Assembly: GCA_039028615.1 (NCBI GenBank)
Contig: JBCCHT010000027.1
Span: forward strand, 32,001-96,000
Source: Myxococcota bacterium
GTDB taxonomy: Bacteria; Myxococcota_A; Polyangia; Nannocystales; Nannocystaceae
Direction: 5' to 3'
Length of the DNA stretch: 64,000 nt
Of the stretch, positions 34,330 through 43,797 are shown piece by piece; within the stretch, counting starts at the first letter, position 1, and the number at the start of each line of letters is the position of its first letter. The notes under the pieces are model-generated. The model ran no database searches and was not told where the DNA came from. It saw only the letters and a list, made by a program, of their open reading frames with translations. The position numbers and the translations under genes were made by a program.

Positions 34330-37300
34330 ATGGAACAATTCAACGTGGTGGGACGACGGCGGCGACGCCGTGGGAATCGGATCGCATCCTTGCGACGCAC
34401 GGTCGTGCAGTCGTTCAAGTGGCTGGCGATGGCCATGGCGGTCTTCTTGTTCGGCACGCAAGAGAGCAACGCTCGCTTGCAGCCGTACTTCGTGGTGCGC
34501 AACGCGACCGTCGAAACGGAGATCACGCCGCGCATCCTCTTCGTGCTCGACACCTCGGGTTCGATGACGGTGGCCGCGAGCCCCGGCATCGCCACGTGTG
34601 CATGGGAGGAGTGCGAGGAGGAAGCCTTCTACGGCACCACCAGCGAGAGCCGCATCAGCGCCGCTCGCCGAGCCGTCAACGAGGTGATCACCGCCACGGG
34701 CGACGAAGCCAAGTTCGCCTTGATGACCTTCGACCAGCACGGGCCGCACACCCCCGGCGCATTCATCCCGCAGTGCTGGAACGGGTACAACTGGCGACGC
34801 TTCGTCTGGGTTCAGTTCTCCTACTATCCGACCCAGGCCTGGAACGCCATCACCCGTGACGGCCACGTCGGTGCGTGGCGCCTGTGCCAGGGCTTCTCCC
34901 AACGTCCCTATCCCTACCTTCGCTGGGACAACTTGGGCTTGGGACAGACCATCGTCGCCAACAATCAAAACGGGGCTGTTCCATCCTCCCCGATGATCAC
35001 CACCGACAACTTCTTTTGGATCAGCAACGACTTCAACGCTCGTCGCCGCGTGCAGTGGTTCCCCACCTTCATGGGCGTGCGTTGGCAGCCCAACGACGCC
35101 ACCGACCCCGGCCGCACCATGACCTACGCGTCGGTCGGTGACTACGGCGCGACGCAAGCGTGGCACGACTTCTTCGTCTGGGAGCACGACTTCTACTACT
35201 GGCCCTACGTCGACGGCTTCCCCGGCTACTCGCACTGGAACGCCTACCCCTACTACACGGGCATGGCCACCTCCGGCGTCGTGGGCACGACCGTCGGCGC
35301 CCAGACGGCGCACCTGTACTCGCCCTTCTATCTCGACCTCGACGGTCTCGGCGTCGACCCGGCAAACACGGGACCGGCGACCGAGGAAGAGGCGCGAGAG
35401 CAGGTCATGAGCCACACCTCGCCGATCATCTACGGCGGTGTGGACTCGGTCGGCCTGACGCCTTGGTACTCGGCCATCGGTGCCGACCCCGGCGTCGCGC
35501 CCAATACCAACGCCGCCTACTCGCACCCGACGGTCGCGTCGTACATCTCGTTCGTCAACAGCGTGGAGACGGGCGACGTCTGTGCTCCCACCGCGGTCGT
35601 GCTCATCACCGACGGTGAGCCCTATCCCGCGAACGAGGGCGGCCCGCCGCTCTACGATCGTCTGGCCGAGCTTCGACGCACCCTCGGCGCTCAGACCTAC
35701 GTGGTCGGCTTCTTCCTCGACGCCGTCTCGCTCAACGACATGGCCTGCGCCGCCGCGGGTGCCTGCGATGGAGGCGTCTGTTCCACCCCGTGCGACGACG
35801 AACCCCAGTCGCAGTGGGATACCTGTGCCGACCCCGACAACCCGGACACGAGCTGCGCCTACCAGGCGAGTTCAGCGGCCGAGCTCCAGACCGTGCTGAC
35901 CGGCATCGTCAGTCGCATCGGCGACCTCGATGTGCCTTCGGGTCCCGGCAGCTCGGCGAACGAGTTCGGTCTCGAGAACAGCGACGGCAGCGACCTCGAA
36001 GCGCTGCAGACCACCGTATCGGCCGCAACCGACTTCCCGGGTTGGCAGGGACACGTCATTCGTGCCGCGTGCGACACCCGTGACGACAGCGGCGAGCTTC
36101 TGCCGCACTGTGTCGACCCGGGCTTCGCGGACGAAGAGCTGGAAGAGACCTTTGGTCCCTGCCCGCAGAGCCGAACCTGGGACGCGGGTGAGTGCCTGGC
36201 GATCACCGATTGTGAAGATCGCCGCATCTACACCAACGACGAGAACAACGAGCCCATCCTGATCTCCGAGGAAGACGGCGAGTCCAGCGACGAGTTCGCC
36301 GACTTGCTCGAGCACATGGGGATCATCGGCGGCGCGGATGCAGAGGATGAAGCCGATGCAATCGCGAGCTTCCTGCTCGGGTGCGAAGCGCCCGGCGACT
36401 GGAAGCTGCCTGGTCTCGCCAACTCGGCGCCGATCATCGTGCGTCGCATTCCGCCCTATCGCTCGGACTTCAGCCCGAGCGTGGCCATCACCGATCCGCA
36501 CTGCGGCGGTCGATTGCTCGGGGCGGGAGACGGCGTGCCTCCTTCGCTCGAGCAGTACGCCGAGGACGTCTGGGACGAAGACAACCTTCTGACCAGTCCC
36601 TCCGATCACTACGAGGCCCAAGAGGCGGTGCTCATCGGCGACGACTTCGGCGTCCTGCATGCGTTCCAGCTCAACAGCGGCAACGAGATGTGGGGCTTCA
36701 TCCCGAGCTACCTGCTCGAGGCCGCCGCCGAGAAGACCGAGGTCGGACCGGGCACCTACGGTCAGACGGCCGAGCTCGAGGACCACAACTACGGCCTCGC
36801 CTCGACCATCAACTACGGCTGGGTCTTCGACGACACCCCCGTCGATGAGGACGACCATCAGTGGCGGCAGCTCGCCATCTTGGGCATGGGTGCCGGCGGT
36901 GCCGAGCACATGGTCCTCGACCTCTCGCACATGAGTCCCGAGTCTCCGCGTGAGCCCTTCGAGATCATGTGGACCACGGAGGACGACGAGCTCGTGGACG
37001 ACTACGACGAGTTCAACGGCGAGACCTGGGCCCGACCGGCGCTCGGCTATCACGTGCCGGGTGAAGTCTCGTCGCAGGTTCCCGACGCATACTTCGTCAT
37101 GGGCAGCGGCTACCCCGTCGATGCCGGCGAGCCGAACCAGGGCCGTACCTTGCTGCAGGTCGACGCGTTGACCGGCGAAATCGAGGACTACGCGGTCCTG
37201 CCCGCGCCCACCGACGGGAACCTCTTCGAGCCCGAGTTCGGCACCGTGGTCGATCCGGCCGTCGGTACTCACTGCCTGTCTCGGCTCTGGGCCGAGATGC

Positions 37301-38367
37301 AGGAGGTCTACGTCACCGATCCCGCGGGTCGACTCTTCCGCTGGGACCTCGGTCGTGAGACCAACCACGAAGCGGATAGCGGCGGCGTCTGGGGCAATGC
37401 TGCGACGCCCGCCATCAGCGAGCCTCTGCTGGCCTGCCTGGGCAGCGGTGACTCCTGCACCGTCGGCGCGGGCGACTACGCGGAGACCTTCGCGTTCTCT
37501 CCCGCCATCACCTCCAACGATCGACTCGACGACGTGACCTCGGCCAGCTCGGCCGGGCCACTGAGCCCGACCGATCAGTTCCTCATCGCGTTGATCAGCG
37601 GTACGCCGGCCGACGACGCACTACGAGATGGCTACGGGTCTCGCTTCCACAGCAGCCTGTACATCATCGCCGACGATCACAGCGGTGATGCATCCGAAGG
37701 CATCGAGATTCCCGCGGGCGCGCCCAAGACCGCCCCGGGAGAAGACGACTCGTTCGTCCGCATCGCGCTCACGGACATCGAGCGCACGCGAACCATCGTG
37801 CCCTTCGAGGGCGCCGATGAGCTGGTCGAGAGTCGTAACTTCTCGCGAGGCACTCGACCGATTCGTGCGCCGCGTATCTTCGTGACCGGTGCCGTCGACG
37901 AGAACACGGTCGACGACGACGTCCCGACCGTCATCGATGGCGTCGAGGTGTACTTCATCGAGTTCACCGTCTACGAGCCGCCCGCCGAAGTCTGCGACCG
38001 TGCCTTCTACGACGTGGCAAACGCCGAGTGGCACCCCGACCCGGGCTCCACCTACGTGCTCACCTTCCGTCTCACCGCAGACGTGGCCTCCGGCTTCGAT
38101 CTGCTCAACGGAGCGGGCAACGACAACGGTGGCGACGACGGAGACGGTGTCGACTTCGGCGACGGCAACGAGACCGGGCTGAGCTTCGTCTCGGTCGATC
38201 AGATCGGCACGGGTGACTGTGCCGACGGTGGATGCGGACCTCTGGTCGGCAACCCCTTCTCGGCTCCCTGCGACAACAACAGCGGGGGGGCCAACGCCGC
38301 GGCCGGGACCGGAGCGGCGCTGGCCGTGACGCACAAGGAGCTGTCGGCCTTCACCCCGGTGGAGTAG
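34330..38367 (+). CDS. PilY1-like type IV pilus adhesin (vWA domain plus PilC/PilY1 beta-propeller)
   Basis: MIDAS motif ILFVLDTSGSM and VVLITDG. PilY1-type segments WQGHV, VLIGDDFGVLHAF...GNEMWGFIP, GETWARP and VYVTDPAGRLFR. Start uncertain (34330 or 34429). Confidence 0.78.
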   Translation: MEQFNVVGRRRRRRGNRIASLRRTVVQSFKWLAMAMAVFLFGTQESNARLQPYFVVRNATVETEITPRILFVLDTSGSMTVAASPGIATCAWEECEEEAFYGTTSESRISAARRAVNEVITATGDEAKFALMTFDQHGPHTPGAFIPQCWNGYNWRRFVWVQFSYYPTQAWNAITRDGHVGAWRLCQGFSQRPYPYLRWDNLGLGQTIVANNQNGAVPSSPMITTDNFFWISNDFNARRRVQWFPTFMGVRWQPNDATDPGRTMTYASVGDYGATQAWHDFFVWEHDFYYWPYVDGFPGYSHWNAYPYYTGMATSGVVGTTVGAQTAHLYSPFYLDLDGLGVDPANTGPATEEEAREQVMSHTSPIIYGGVDSVGLTPWYSAIGADPGVAPNTNAAYSHPTVASYISFVNSVETGDVCAPTAVVLITDGEPYPANEGGPPLYDRLAELRRTLGAQTYVVGFFLDAVSLNDMACAAAGACDGGVCSTPCDDEPQSQWDTCADPDNPDTSCAYQASSAAELQTVLTGIVSRIGDLDVPSGPGSSANEFGLENSDGSDLEALQTTVSAATDFPGWQGHVIRAACDTRDDSGELLPHCVDPGFADEELEETFGPCPQSRTWDAGECLAITDCEDRRIYTNDENNEPILISEEDGESSDEFADLLEHMGIIGGADAEDEADAIASFLLGCEAPGDWKLPGLANSAPIIVRRIPPYRSDFSPSVAITDPHCGGRLLGAGDGVPPSLEQYAEDVWDEDNLLTSPSDHYEAQEAVLIGDDFGVLHAFQLNSGNEMWGFIPSYLLEAAAEKTEVGPGTYGQTAELEDHNYGLASTINYGWVFDDTPVDEDDHQWRQLAILGMGAGGAEHMVLDLSHMSPESPREPFEIMWTTEDDELVDDYDEFNGETWARPALGYHVPGEVSSQVPDAYFVMGSGYPVDAGEPNQGRTLLQVDALTGEIEDYAVLPAPTDGNLFEPEFGTVVDPAVGTHCLSRLWAEMQEVYVTDPAGRLFRWDLGRETNHEADSGGVWGNAATPAISEPLLACLGSGDSCTVGAGDYAETFAFSPAITSNDRLDDVTSASSAGPLSPTDQFLIALISGTPADDALRDGYGSRFHSSLYIIADDHSGDASEGIEIPAGAPKTAPGEDDSFVRIALTDIERTRTIVPFEGADELVESRNFSRGTRPIRAPRIFVTGAVDENTVDDDVPTVIDGVEVYFIEFTVYEPPAEVCDRAFYDVANAEWHPDPGSTYVLTFRLTADVASGFDLLNGAGNDNGGDDGDGVDFGDGNETGLSFVSVDQIGTGDCADGGCGPLVGNPFSAPCDNNSGGANAAAGTGAALAVTHKELSAFTPVE

Positions 38368-38392
38368 TCGGCGCAGGTCGTCGCAAACGACG

Positions 38393-38432
38393 ACGGGGCA
38401 CGCAGACCACCGCGGTGGTTGGCGTGCCCCGT
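38393..38432. terminator. Long hairpin between convergent genes (candidate terminator)
   Basis: ACGGGGCACGC...GACCACC-GC-GGTGGTT...GCGTGCCCCGT, followed by TTCAATT. Confidence 0.6.
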
Positions 38433-38465
38433 TTCAATTGGAGCGCGAACAAAGAGCGCGAAGCT

Positions 38466-38999
38466 CTAATCTTCCTTGGATTCGGCTTCGGCGTCTTCCT
38501 CGGGCATCGGGGCTTCGATCTCGTTGATGACCCGGCGAAGCAGCCCCTCGACGAGCAGGGCTCGCTCGCCCGCGTCGTAGCGGCCGTCTTGGTAGCGCGC
38601 CTGGATGTCGTCGAACTTCTCGTGCCCGTCGCGGATGATCTGCTTGTAGGGCCGCACCCGTCGCATGACTTCCTTTTGGTTGGACCAGAAGAACGACACC
38701 AGCGTGGCCGCGGTGAAGCCGGTGAGGATCATGCCCAGCGGACCCCCGAGCAGGTACTTGAGGCCGACCCGCAGCGCCACCACCCCGGCGGCGCCCATCG
38801 CGAATTCCTTGACCCCGCTCTTGCGGATGCGGCCCCAGGCCATGGGCAACATCTCGCCCGACGCGATGACCAAGGCGACGAACTCGGCGCGTTTGGCTCC
38901 AACTTCGTAGACGTCGGTGAGGACCTGCTGCATGAAGGCGTCAAAACCTTCATAGACGTCCGCCGGATAGGCGGTGTGGGCGTTGTCCGGGTCGGCCAT
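38466..38999 (-). CDS. Hypothetical membrane-associated protein
   Basis: ATG at 38999 (MADPDNAHTAY) with GGAG upstream. Central hydrophobic glycine-zipper-like hairpin and GC-biased codon usage. Confidence 0.7.
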   Translation of the reverse strand: MADPDNAHTAYPADVYEGFDAFMQQVLTDVYEVGAKRAEFVALVIASGEMLPMAWGRIRKSGVKEFAMGAAGVVALRVGLKYLLGGPLGMILTGFTAATLVSFFWSNQKEVMRRVRPYKQIIRDGHEKFDDIQARYQDGRYDAGERALLVEGLLRRVINEIEAPMPEEDAEAESKED

Positions 39000-39183
39000 G
39001 CTCCAGGGAGGATAGCACCGGGCGCCCCGCGCTCTGACGAGCGGCGGTCGACAGCCATGTGGCGTGCCTTTGGGCCCCAGACGGGAACACGCCCCCGGGG
39101 CCGGTTCGTGCGTCCCAATGCACGTGGACGCGCTCCCCTTCGGTTTGACACTCCAGCCCTGCCCTCGGACAATTCGCGGTCCG

Positions 39184-42072
39184 ATGCGGTCCCCCACGCG
39201 AGCCGGCCCCCCTTCCCCCCGCCGCCCTCGCCCCGTGGCGTCGCGCACCGCCAGCCGGTTGCTCGCCGCCGCCGCGGTGCTGGTGCTCACCGCATCGTGC
39301 AACAAGGCCACGACCCCTCCGCCGGTCGAGCCCACCACGACCGCCCCCGTCGACCCGAACCGCCACGGCGACACCACGTCCGCCTACGCCGGTCACGAGG
39401 ACACGAACGAAGGGCCGTCGAAACGACAGCGCCCCGAGCCCCAGACGGTCGGCGATCGGGACGCCGCCCTCGACGCCGTGCTGCGGGGCAACCCCGAGGG
39501 CGCGATCGAGTTCCTCGCCGGCTTCGTCGGTGAGCACGCCGACGACGTCGAGGCCCGCATGGCGCTGGCCCGGGCGCAGATCATGGTGGGGTCGCTCGAC
39601 GATGCCGCGGCCACCTTGGCCGACCCGGCCGGAGCTCCCGACGACCTGCGCGTCGTCCAGCAGCGAGCCAAGCTCGCGTGGCGACAGGGCAAGGCCGACG
39701 AGGCCACGCAGCTGCTCGAGCAAGCGAGCCGGGCCCACCCCGACGACGTCCCCCTCCGCGGCGAGCTGCTCCGCGTGATGGTCCAGCGAGGGCGGGGTGA
39801 CGAGCCTGCCGCCAAGGCGCTGGTGGACGGGCTCTACGACGCCTACGACGACGGCAGCGCCAAGGGTCCCCGAGCGCTGGTCGCCGTGGCCCAAGCCGCA
39901 CTCGCCCAGGGCGGCACCGGAGCCTTCCACGACGCCAACATGGTGCTGCAGGAAGCCGAAGATCTCGCGCCCGTATCCAAGGGCGAGCAGATCGCCGACG
40001 ACGTGCTGCTGCTGCGCGGCGACATGTTCCTCGACAAGTACGCCGAGAGCGAAGCGGCCGAGACCTTCGGCCTGCTGCTCGAGCGCGACCCCTGGCACCC
40101 CGACGCGCTGGCCGGCATGGCCCGGGTGCACATGAGCGGCCTGCGGTTCGCCGACGCGGCTCGCTTCGCCGAAGAAGTACTCCAGGTCGACCCGCACCAC
40201 CCCGATGCCCATGCCGTGCTCGGCCGCATCGCGCTCATCGAGGGTCGCCGCGAAGAAGCCCGACGACGCAGCACCGAGGAGTCCCTCGCCGTCAACCCGA
40301 GCCACACCGGAGGGCTCGCCGTGCTCGCCGCGCTCGCCATCGCCGAGGGCAAGCCCGATGCCTACGCCAGCTGGCGGGACCGCGCCCTCGTCCACGATCG
40401 TCGGGGGCGCGACTTCTTCATCGATCTGTCCGACATCCTGGGCTTCTTGCACCTGTACCCCGAGGCGGACGAGGCCCTGCGCGAAGGCGTGAAGCTGGCT
40501 CCTCGCGATCCCGGGGTGCAGAGCGCACTGGGGCTGAACTTGCTGCGCCTCGGCCGGGAGAAGGAAGGCCGCGAAGCCCTCGCCACCGCGTGGAAGCGCG
40601 ATCGCTTCAACGAGCGCACGCGCAACGTGCTGGACCTCTACGAGGAGACCATCGATCGCCACTACGAAGAGCGAACCGAAGGCGAGCTCACCGTCCGCCT
40701 ACCGACCGAGGATCGCGAGTTCATCGAGCACGGCCTGCTCGACTCGGTCCGGCACTCCCGCGACGAGCTCGATGGCCACTACGGCATGAAGGCCGGCCAG
40801 CTGCGCCTGGAGTTCTTCTCCGACCCGCGTGCCTTCTCCGTGCGCACGGTCGGCGTGCCCAGCCTCGGCGCCCTGGCCGTGTGCTTCGGCCCGGTCATCA
40901 CCTTCGTCGGCCCCTACTCCGGCGCCTACAACATCGACATGGTGGTCCGCCACGAGCTCGGGCACACCTACGCGATCGCGCTCTCGGGGGGCCGAGTGCC
41001 CCGCTGGTTCACCGAGGGCCTGAGCGAGTGGGAATCGGAGCTGGCCGATCCCGCCTATGCCCGCGAGAGCGCCGCGTTGCTCTCCCAGGCCCGCGAGGCG
41101 GGCAAGCTCCGTCGGCTCTCCGAGCTCGAGCTCGCCTTCATCCGGGCCAACAGCGGCGCGATGATGGAGGTCGCCTACGCCACCGCCGCCTATGCCATGC
41201 GCTACCTCGGCCGCACCTATGGCCGGCCCAAGCTCATCGAGATCCTCCGCGGCTACCGCGAGGGTGCCGACACCGACACCCTGTTCAAACAACACCTGGG
41301 CAAGCCCATCTCCGAGGTCGAGAAGGACTTCGAGGCGTGGTTCTTCGATCAGCTCGACACCAAGATCAGCGGCTGGGAGCCCGCGCGCTCGGGCAAGGGT
41401 GACGAGCGGGACGAGCTGCTGAAGAAGGCGATCCAGCAGGCGAGCGCGGGCGATACCAACGAAGCCACCCGAACCCTCGAGGGCCTTCTGACCAAGGGCG
41501 GCGACGGCTTCGCCCCGCGCATGATGCTGGCCAAGATGCTCGTCGACGGGCCCAACCCCGGCGCGGCCAAGCGCCACCTCGAGGCCGCGCGAGGTCATCA
41601 CACCGAAGCGATCGAGCCGCTGGTCATGCTCGCCAACCTCGCCCGCACCGAGGGCATGGTCGACGACGAGAAGACCCACCTGCAGGCCGCCATGAAGATC
41701 GATGGCGACAGCATCGAGCCCGCCGCGCGGCTGCTGATGCTCGGCATCGTCACTCACGACGACGCCGCTCGGGACCTCGGCCTCGCCCGCATCCGCGGCA
41801 TTGCGCCCTTGCACCCCATCGCGCTGTCCGCCCAGGCCCTGAAGATGTCGAAGGACAAGTCCGAGCGGGCTCGCGCGGGTAAGTTCCTCCGTCGGGCGCT
41901 GCGCGACCTCCAACCCGGCCAGGGCCCCGCCGATACCTTCGTCGTCGTCGCCCTCGCGGCCGATGCCCTCGATCAGACCAACGACGCCAAGACCATGGCC
42001 CAAGCCGCGCTCGCCGACAAAGCGCTGCCCAAGGCCGCCCGCGATCGACTCGGAACGATCGGCAACAAGTAA
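39184..42072 (+). CDS. TPR-repeat lipoprotein with a gluzincin (peptidase MA-like) metallopeptidase domain
   Basis: Lipobox LTASC and multiple TPR-like helices. VRHELGH...VPRWFTEGLSE gives HExxH plus the downstream Glu ligand. Start uncertain. Confidence 0.82.
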   Translation: MRSPTRAGPPSPRRPRPVASRTASRLLAAAAVLVLTASCNKATTPPPVEPTTTAPVDPNRHGDTTSAYAGHEDTNEGPSKRQRPEPQTVGDRDAALDAVLRGNPEGAIEFLAGFVGEHADDVEARMALARAQIMVGSLDDAAATLADPAGAPDDLRVVQQRAKLAWRQGKADEATQLLEQASRAHPDDVPLRGELLRVMVQRGRGDEPAAKALVDGLYDAYDDGSAKGPRALVAVAQAALAQGGTGAFHDANMVLQEAEDLAPVSKGEQIADDVLLLRGDMFLDKYAESEAAETFGLLLERDPWHPDALAGMARVHMSGLRFADAARFAEEVLQVDPHHPDAHAVLGRIALIEGRREEARRRSTEESLAVNPSHTGGLAVLAALAIAEGKPDAYASWRDRALVHDRRGRDFFIDLSDILGFLHLYPEADEALREGVKLAPRDPGVQSALGLNLLRLGREKEGREALATAWKRDRFNERTRNVLDLYEETIDRHYEERTEGELTVRLPTEDREFIEHGLLDSVRHSRDELDGHYGMKAGQLRLEFFSDPRAFSVRTVGVPSLGALAVCFGPVITFVGPYSGAYNIDMVVRHELGHTYAIALSGGRVPRWFTEGLSEWESELADPAYARESAALLSQAREAGKLRRLSELELAFIRANSGAMMEVAYATAAYAMRYLGRTYGRPKLIEILRGYREGADTDTLFKQHLGKPISEVEKDFEAWFFDQLDTKISGWEPARSGKGDERDELLKKAIQQASAGDTNEATRTLEGLLTKGGDGFAPRMMLAKMLVDGPNPGAAKRHLEAARGHHTEAIEPLVMLANLARTEGMVDDEKTHLQAAMKIDGDSIEPAARLLMLGIVTHDDAARDLGLARIRGIAPLHPIALSAQALKMSKDKSERARAGKFLRRALRDLQPGQGPADTFVVVALAADALDQTNDAKTMAQAALADKALPKAARDRLGTIGNK

Positions 42073-42082
42073 AGGAACGACC

Positions 42083-42484
42083 GTGGCTCGTGACCGAAAC
42101 GTTCTCGGCGGGCGCTTGCAGACCTGCTGCACCTCGCCCATGACCGGCTTCCACCGCGACGGCTGCTGCCGTACCGGTCCCGAAGACCGAGGCATCCACT
42201 CCGTCTGCGCGCGCATGACCGAGGAGTTCCTCGCCTACTCGCGAAGCAAGGGCAACGACCTCAGCACCCCCGCGCCCGCCCACGGTTTTCCGGGGCTCGT
42301 CCCCGGCGATGGCTGGTGCCTGTGTGCCGCGCGATGGAAGGAGGCCTTCGAGGCCGGCGTGGCACCTCCCGTGGTGCTCGAGGCGACGCATGAAGACACG
42401 CTGAAGGTCGTCGAGCTCGAGGACCTGCAGGCCCACGCGGTGCCGCCCCGCACGGGCGGCCAAGGCCGCGACCTGCCCAACTGA
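42083..42484 (+). CDS. DUF2237 family protein
   Basis: NVLG..LQTC..PMTGF.RDGCC.TGPEDRG.HSVC...GNDLSTP...FPGL.PGD.WCLCA.RW. GTG at 42083 with AAGGA upstream. Confidence 0.92.
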   Translation: MARDRNVLGGRLQTCCTSPMTGFHRDGCCRTGPEDRGIHSVCARMTEEFLAYSRSKGNDLSTPAPAHGFPGLVPGDGWCLCAARWKEAFEAGVAPPVVLEATHEDTLKVVELEDLQAHAVPPRTGGQGRDLPN

Positions 42485-42488
42485 GCGC

Positions 42489-43106
42489 TCAGCCCAGGCG
42501 CTGCCGCAGGTCCGCGGCCCAGCGATCGAGGTTATCCGCGGTCGACTCCAGCCCGCCCATCGTGCGGCCGAGTTCGTCGAGGTGCCCGCGCAGCCGGTCC
42601 TTGGCGAGCCGCAGGCGGCTGCGCACGGTCCCTCGCGGGATGTCGAGCGCCTCGGCAATCTCGGCCGAGCTCATTTGCTCCCAATAGAACAGCTCGAGCA
42701 CGACCTGGTCGGTCAGCGGCAGGCACCGCAGCGCTTCGAGCAGCACCCGGTGATCACGACGCAGCCCCACGAACGACGCGGGCCCGGGCATGCCGGCCTC
42801 GATGACGGAGATGGGCGCCTGCGGAGCCCTACGCCCCTCTTCGCGATGACGGCCTCGCACGTGCTCGCGCAGCACGTTGTAGGCGATGCCGAACAAGTAG
42901 CTACGGAAGTTCCCGCGCCCGGTGAAGCGCTCTCGGCCCTCGACGCAGCGGATCAGCGTGCGCTGGACGAGTTCTTCGAAGTCGTCTCCGGTCTTGTTGC
43001 GGAAGAACCGACGCAGGGCCATGAAGTAGCGGTCGAAGAGCTCGCCGCCCGCTTCGCGGTCACCGCCTCTCCACGCATCGAGAAGCTCGATGTCATCAAC
43101 CGCCAC
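42489..43106 (-). CDS. ECF RNA polymerase sigma factor
   Basis: ELVQRT, FRSYLFGIAYN (region 2) and LELFYWEQMSSAEIAEALDIPRGTVRSRLRLAK (region 4). Confidence 0.92.
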   Translation of the reverse strand: MAVDDIELLDAWRGGDREAGGELFDRYFMALRRFFRNKTGDDFEELVQRTLIRCVEGRERFTGRGNFRSYLFGIAYNVLREHVRGRHREEGRRAPQAPISVIEAGMPGPASFVGLRRDHRVLLEALRCLPLTDQVVLELFYWEQMSSAEIAEALDIPRGTVRSRLRLAKDRLRGHLDELGRTMGGLESTADNLDRWAADLRQRLG

Positions 43107-43214
43107 CAGGTCGACATCGTAATACGCGGACGCGTACGAAAGCGTTTTTGATATCGCCTGAAATGTCGAACGACCGCGGGCTGCGACGCTCGCGATCGTT
43201 CGTCGGCGCGACGA

Positions 43215-43709
43215 CTATTCGCCGTCGGATCCGCAGTTGTTCGTTCGAAGCTGAATCTGCGGATCGAGAGCTTCGACCTCGCACTCGGGCTTGGCGGGGT
43301 CGTGCTCCGCCCGAACGTCGAACGCGACTCGGGGCGCCTCACAGTTCAACGTTTGCTCACTGAACGGCTGTCCACCGGACTTGTCGACGTAGCTCATTCG
43401 GTACTCGCAACCGGTCTTGGGGTCGGTGGAGGTCGGCTTGAAGGCGAACGCGACCTGCTGCTCGCGACCGACGAGCATGCACTCGAAGGGAGTGTCGTTG
43501 ATGTTTTGTTGACCGATGGTGGTCTCGATCTGGCCGTTCTCGACCGCGCCCACGACGGTGTACTCGTCGAGACAAACGGTGAGCGCTTCTTGCTCGGGCG
43601 ACGGAGTGTCGGGCGTGACGGGCTCCGGAGTTTCGGTGGCGGGCTTGGGGCAGCCGAGGGCAAACGCCGTCAGGGCAAGGGCCAAGGTTCGCGAAATGGT
43701 GTTCTTCAT
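43215..43709 (-). CDS. Hypothetical lipoprotein
   Basis: ATG at 43709 (MKNTISRTLALALTAFALGC), lipobox, a Pro-rich linker and several Cys. Confidence 0.72.
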   Translation of the reverse strand: MKNTISRTLALALTAFALGCPKPATETPEPVTPDTPSPEQEALTVCLDEYTVVGAVENGQIETTIGQQNINDTPFECMLVGREQQVAFAFKPTSTDPKTGCEYRMSYVDKSGGQPFSEQTLNCEAPRVAFDVRAEHDPAKPECEVEALDPQIQLRTNNCGSDGE

Positions 43710-43797
43710 GGTGGTGTCGTGACGATGTTGCGTCGGCTCGGCGACGCGTGGGCGGGGATGACGACTGGCGCGGCGCCGAACCGTCGCGCGTGGGCGA

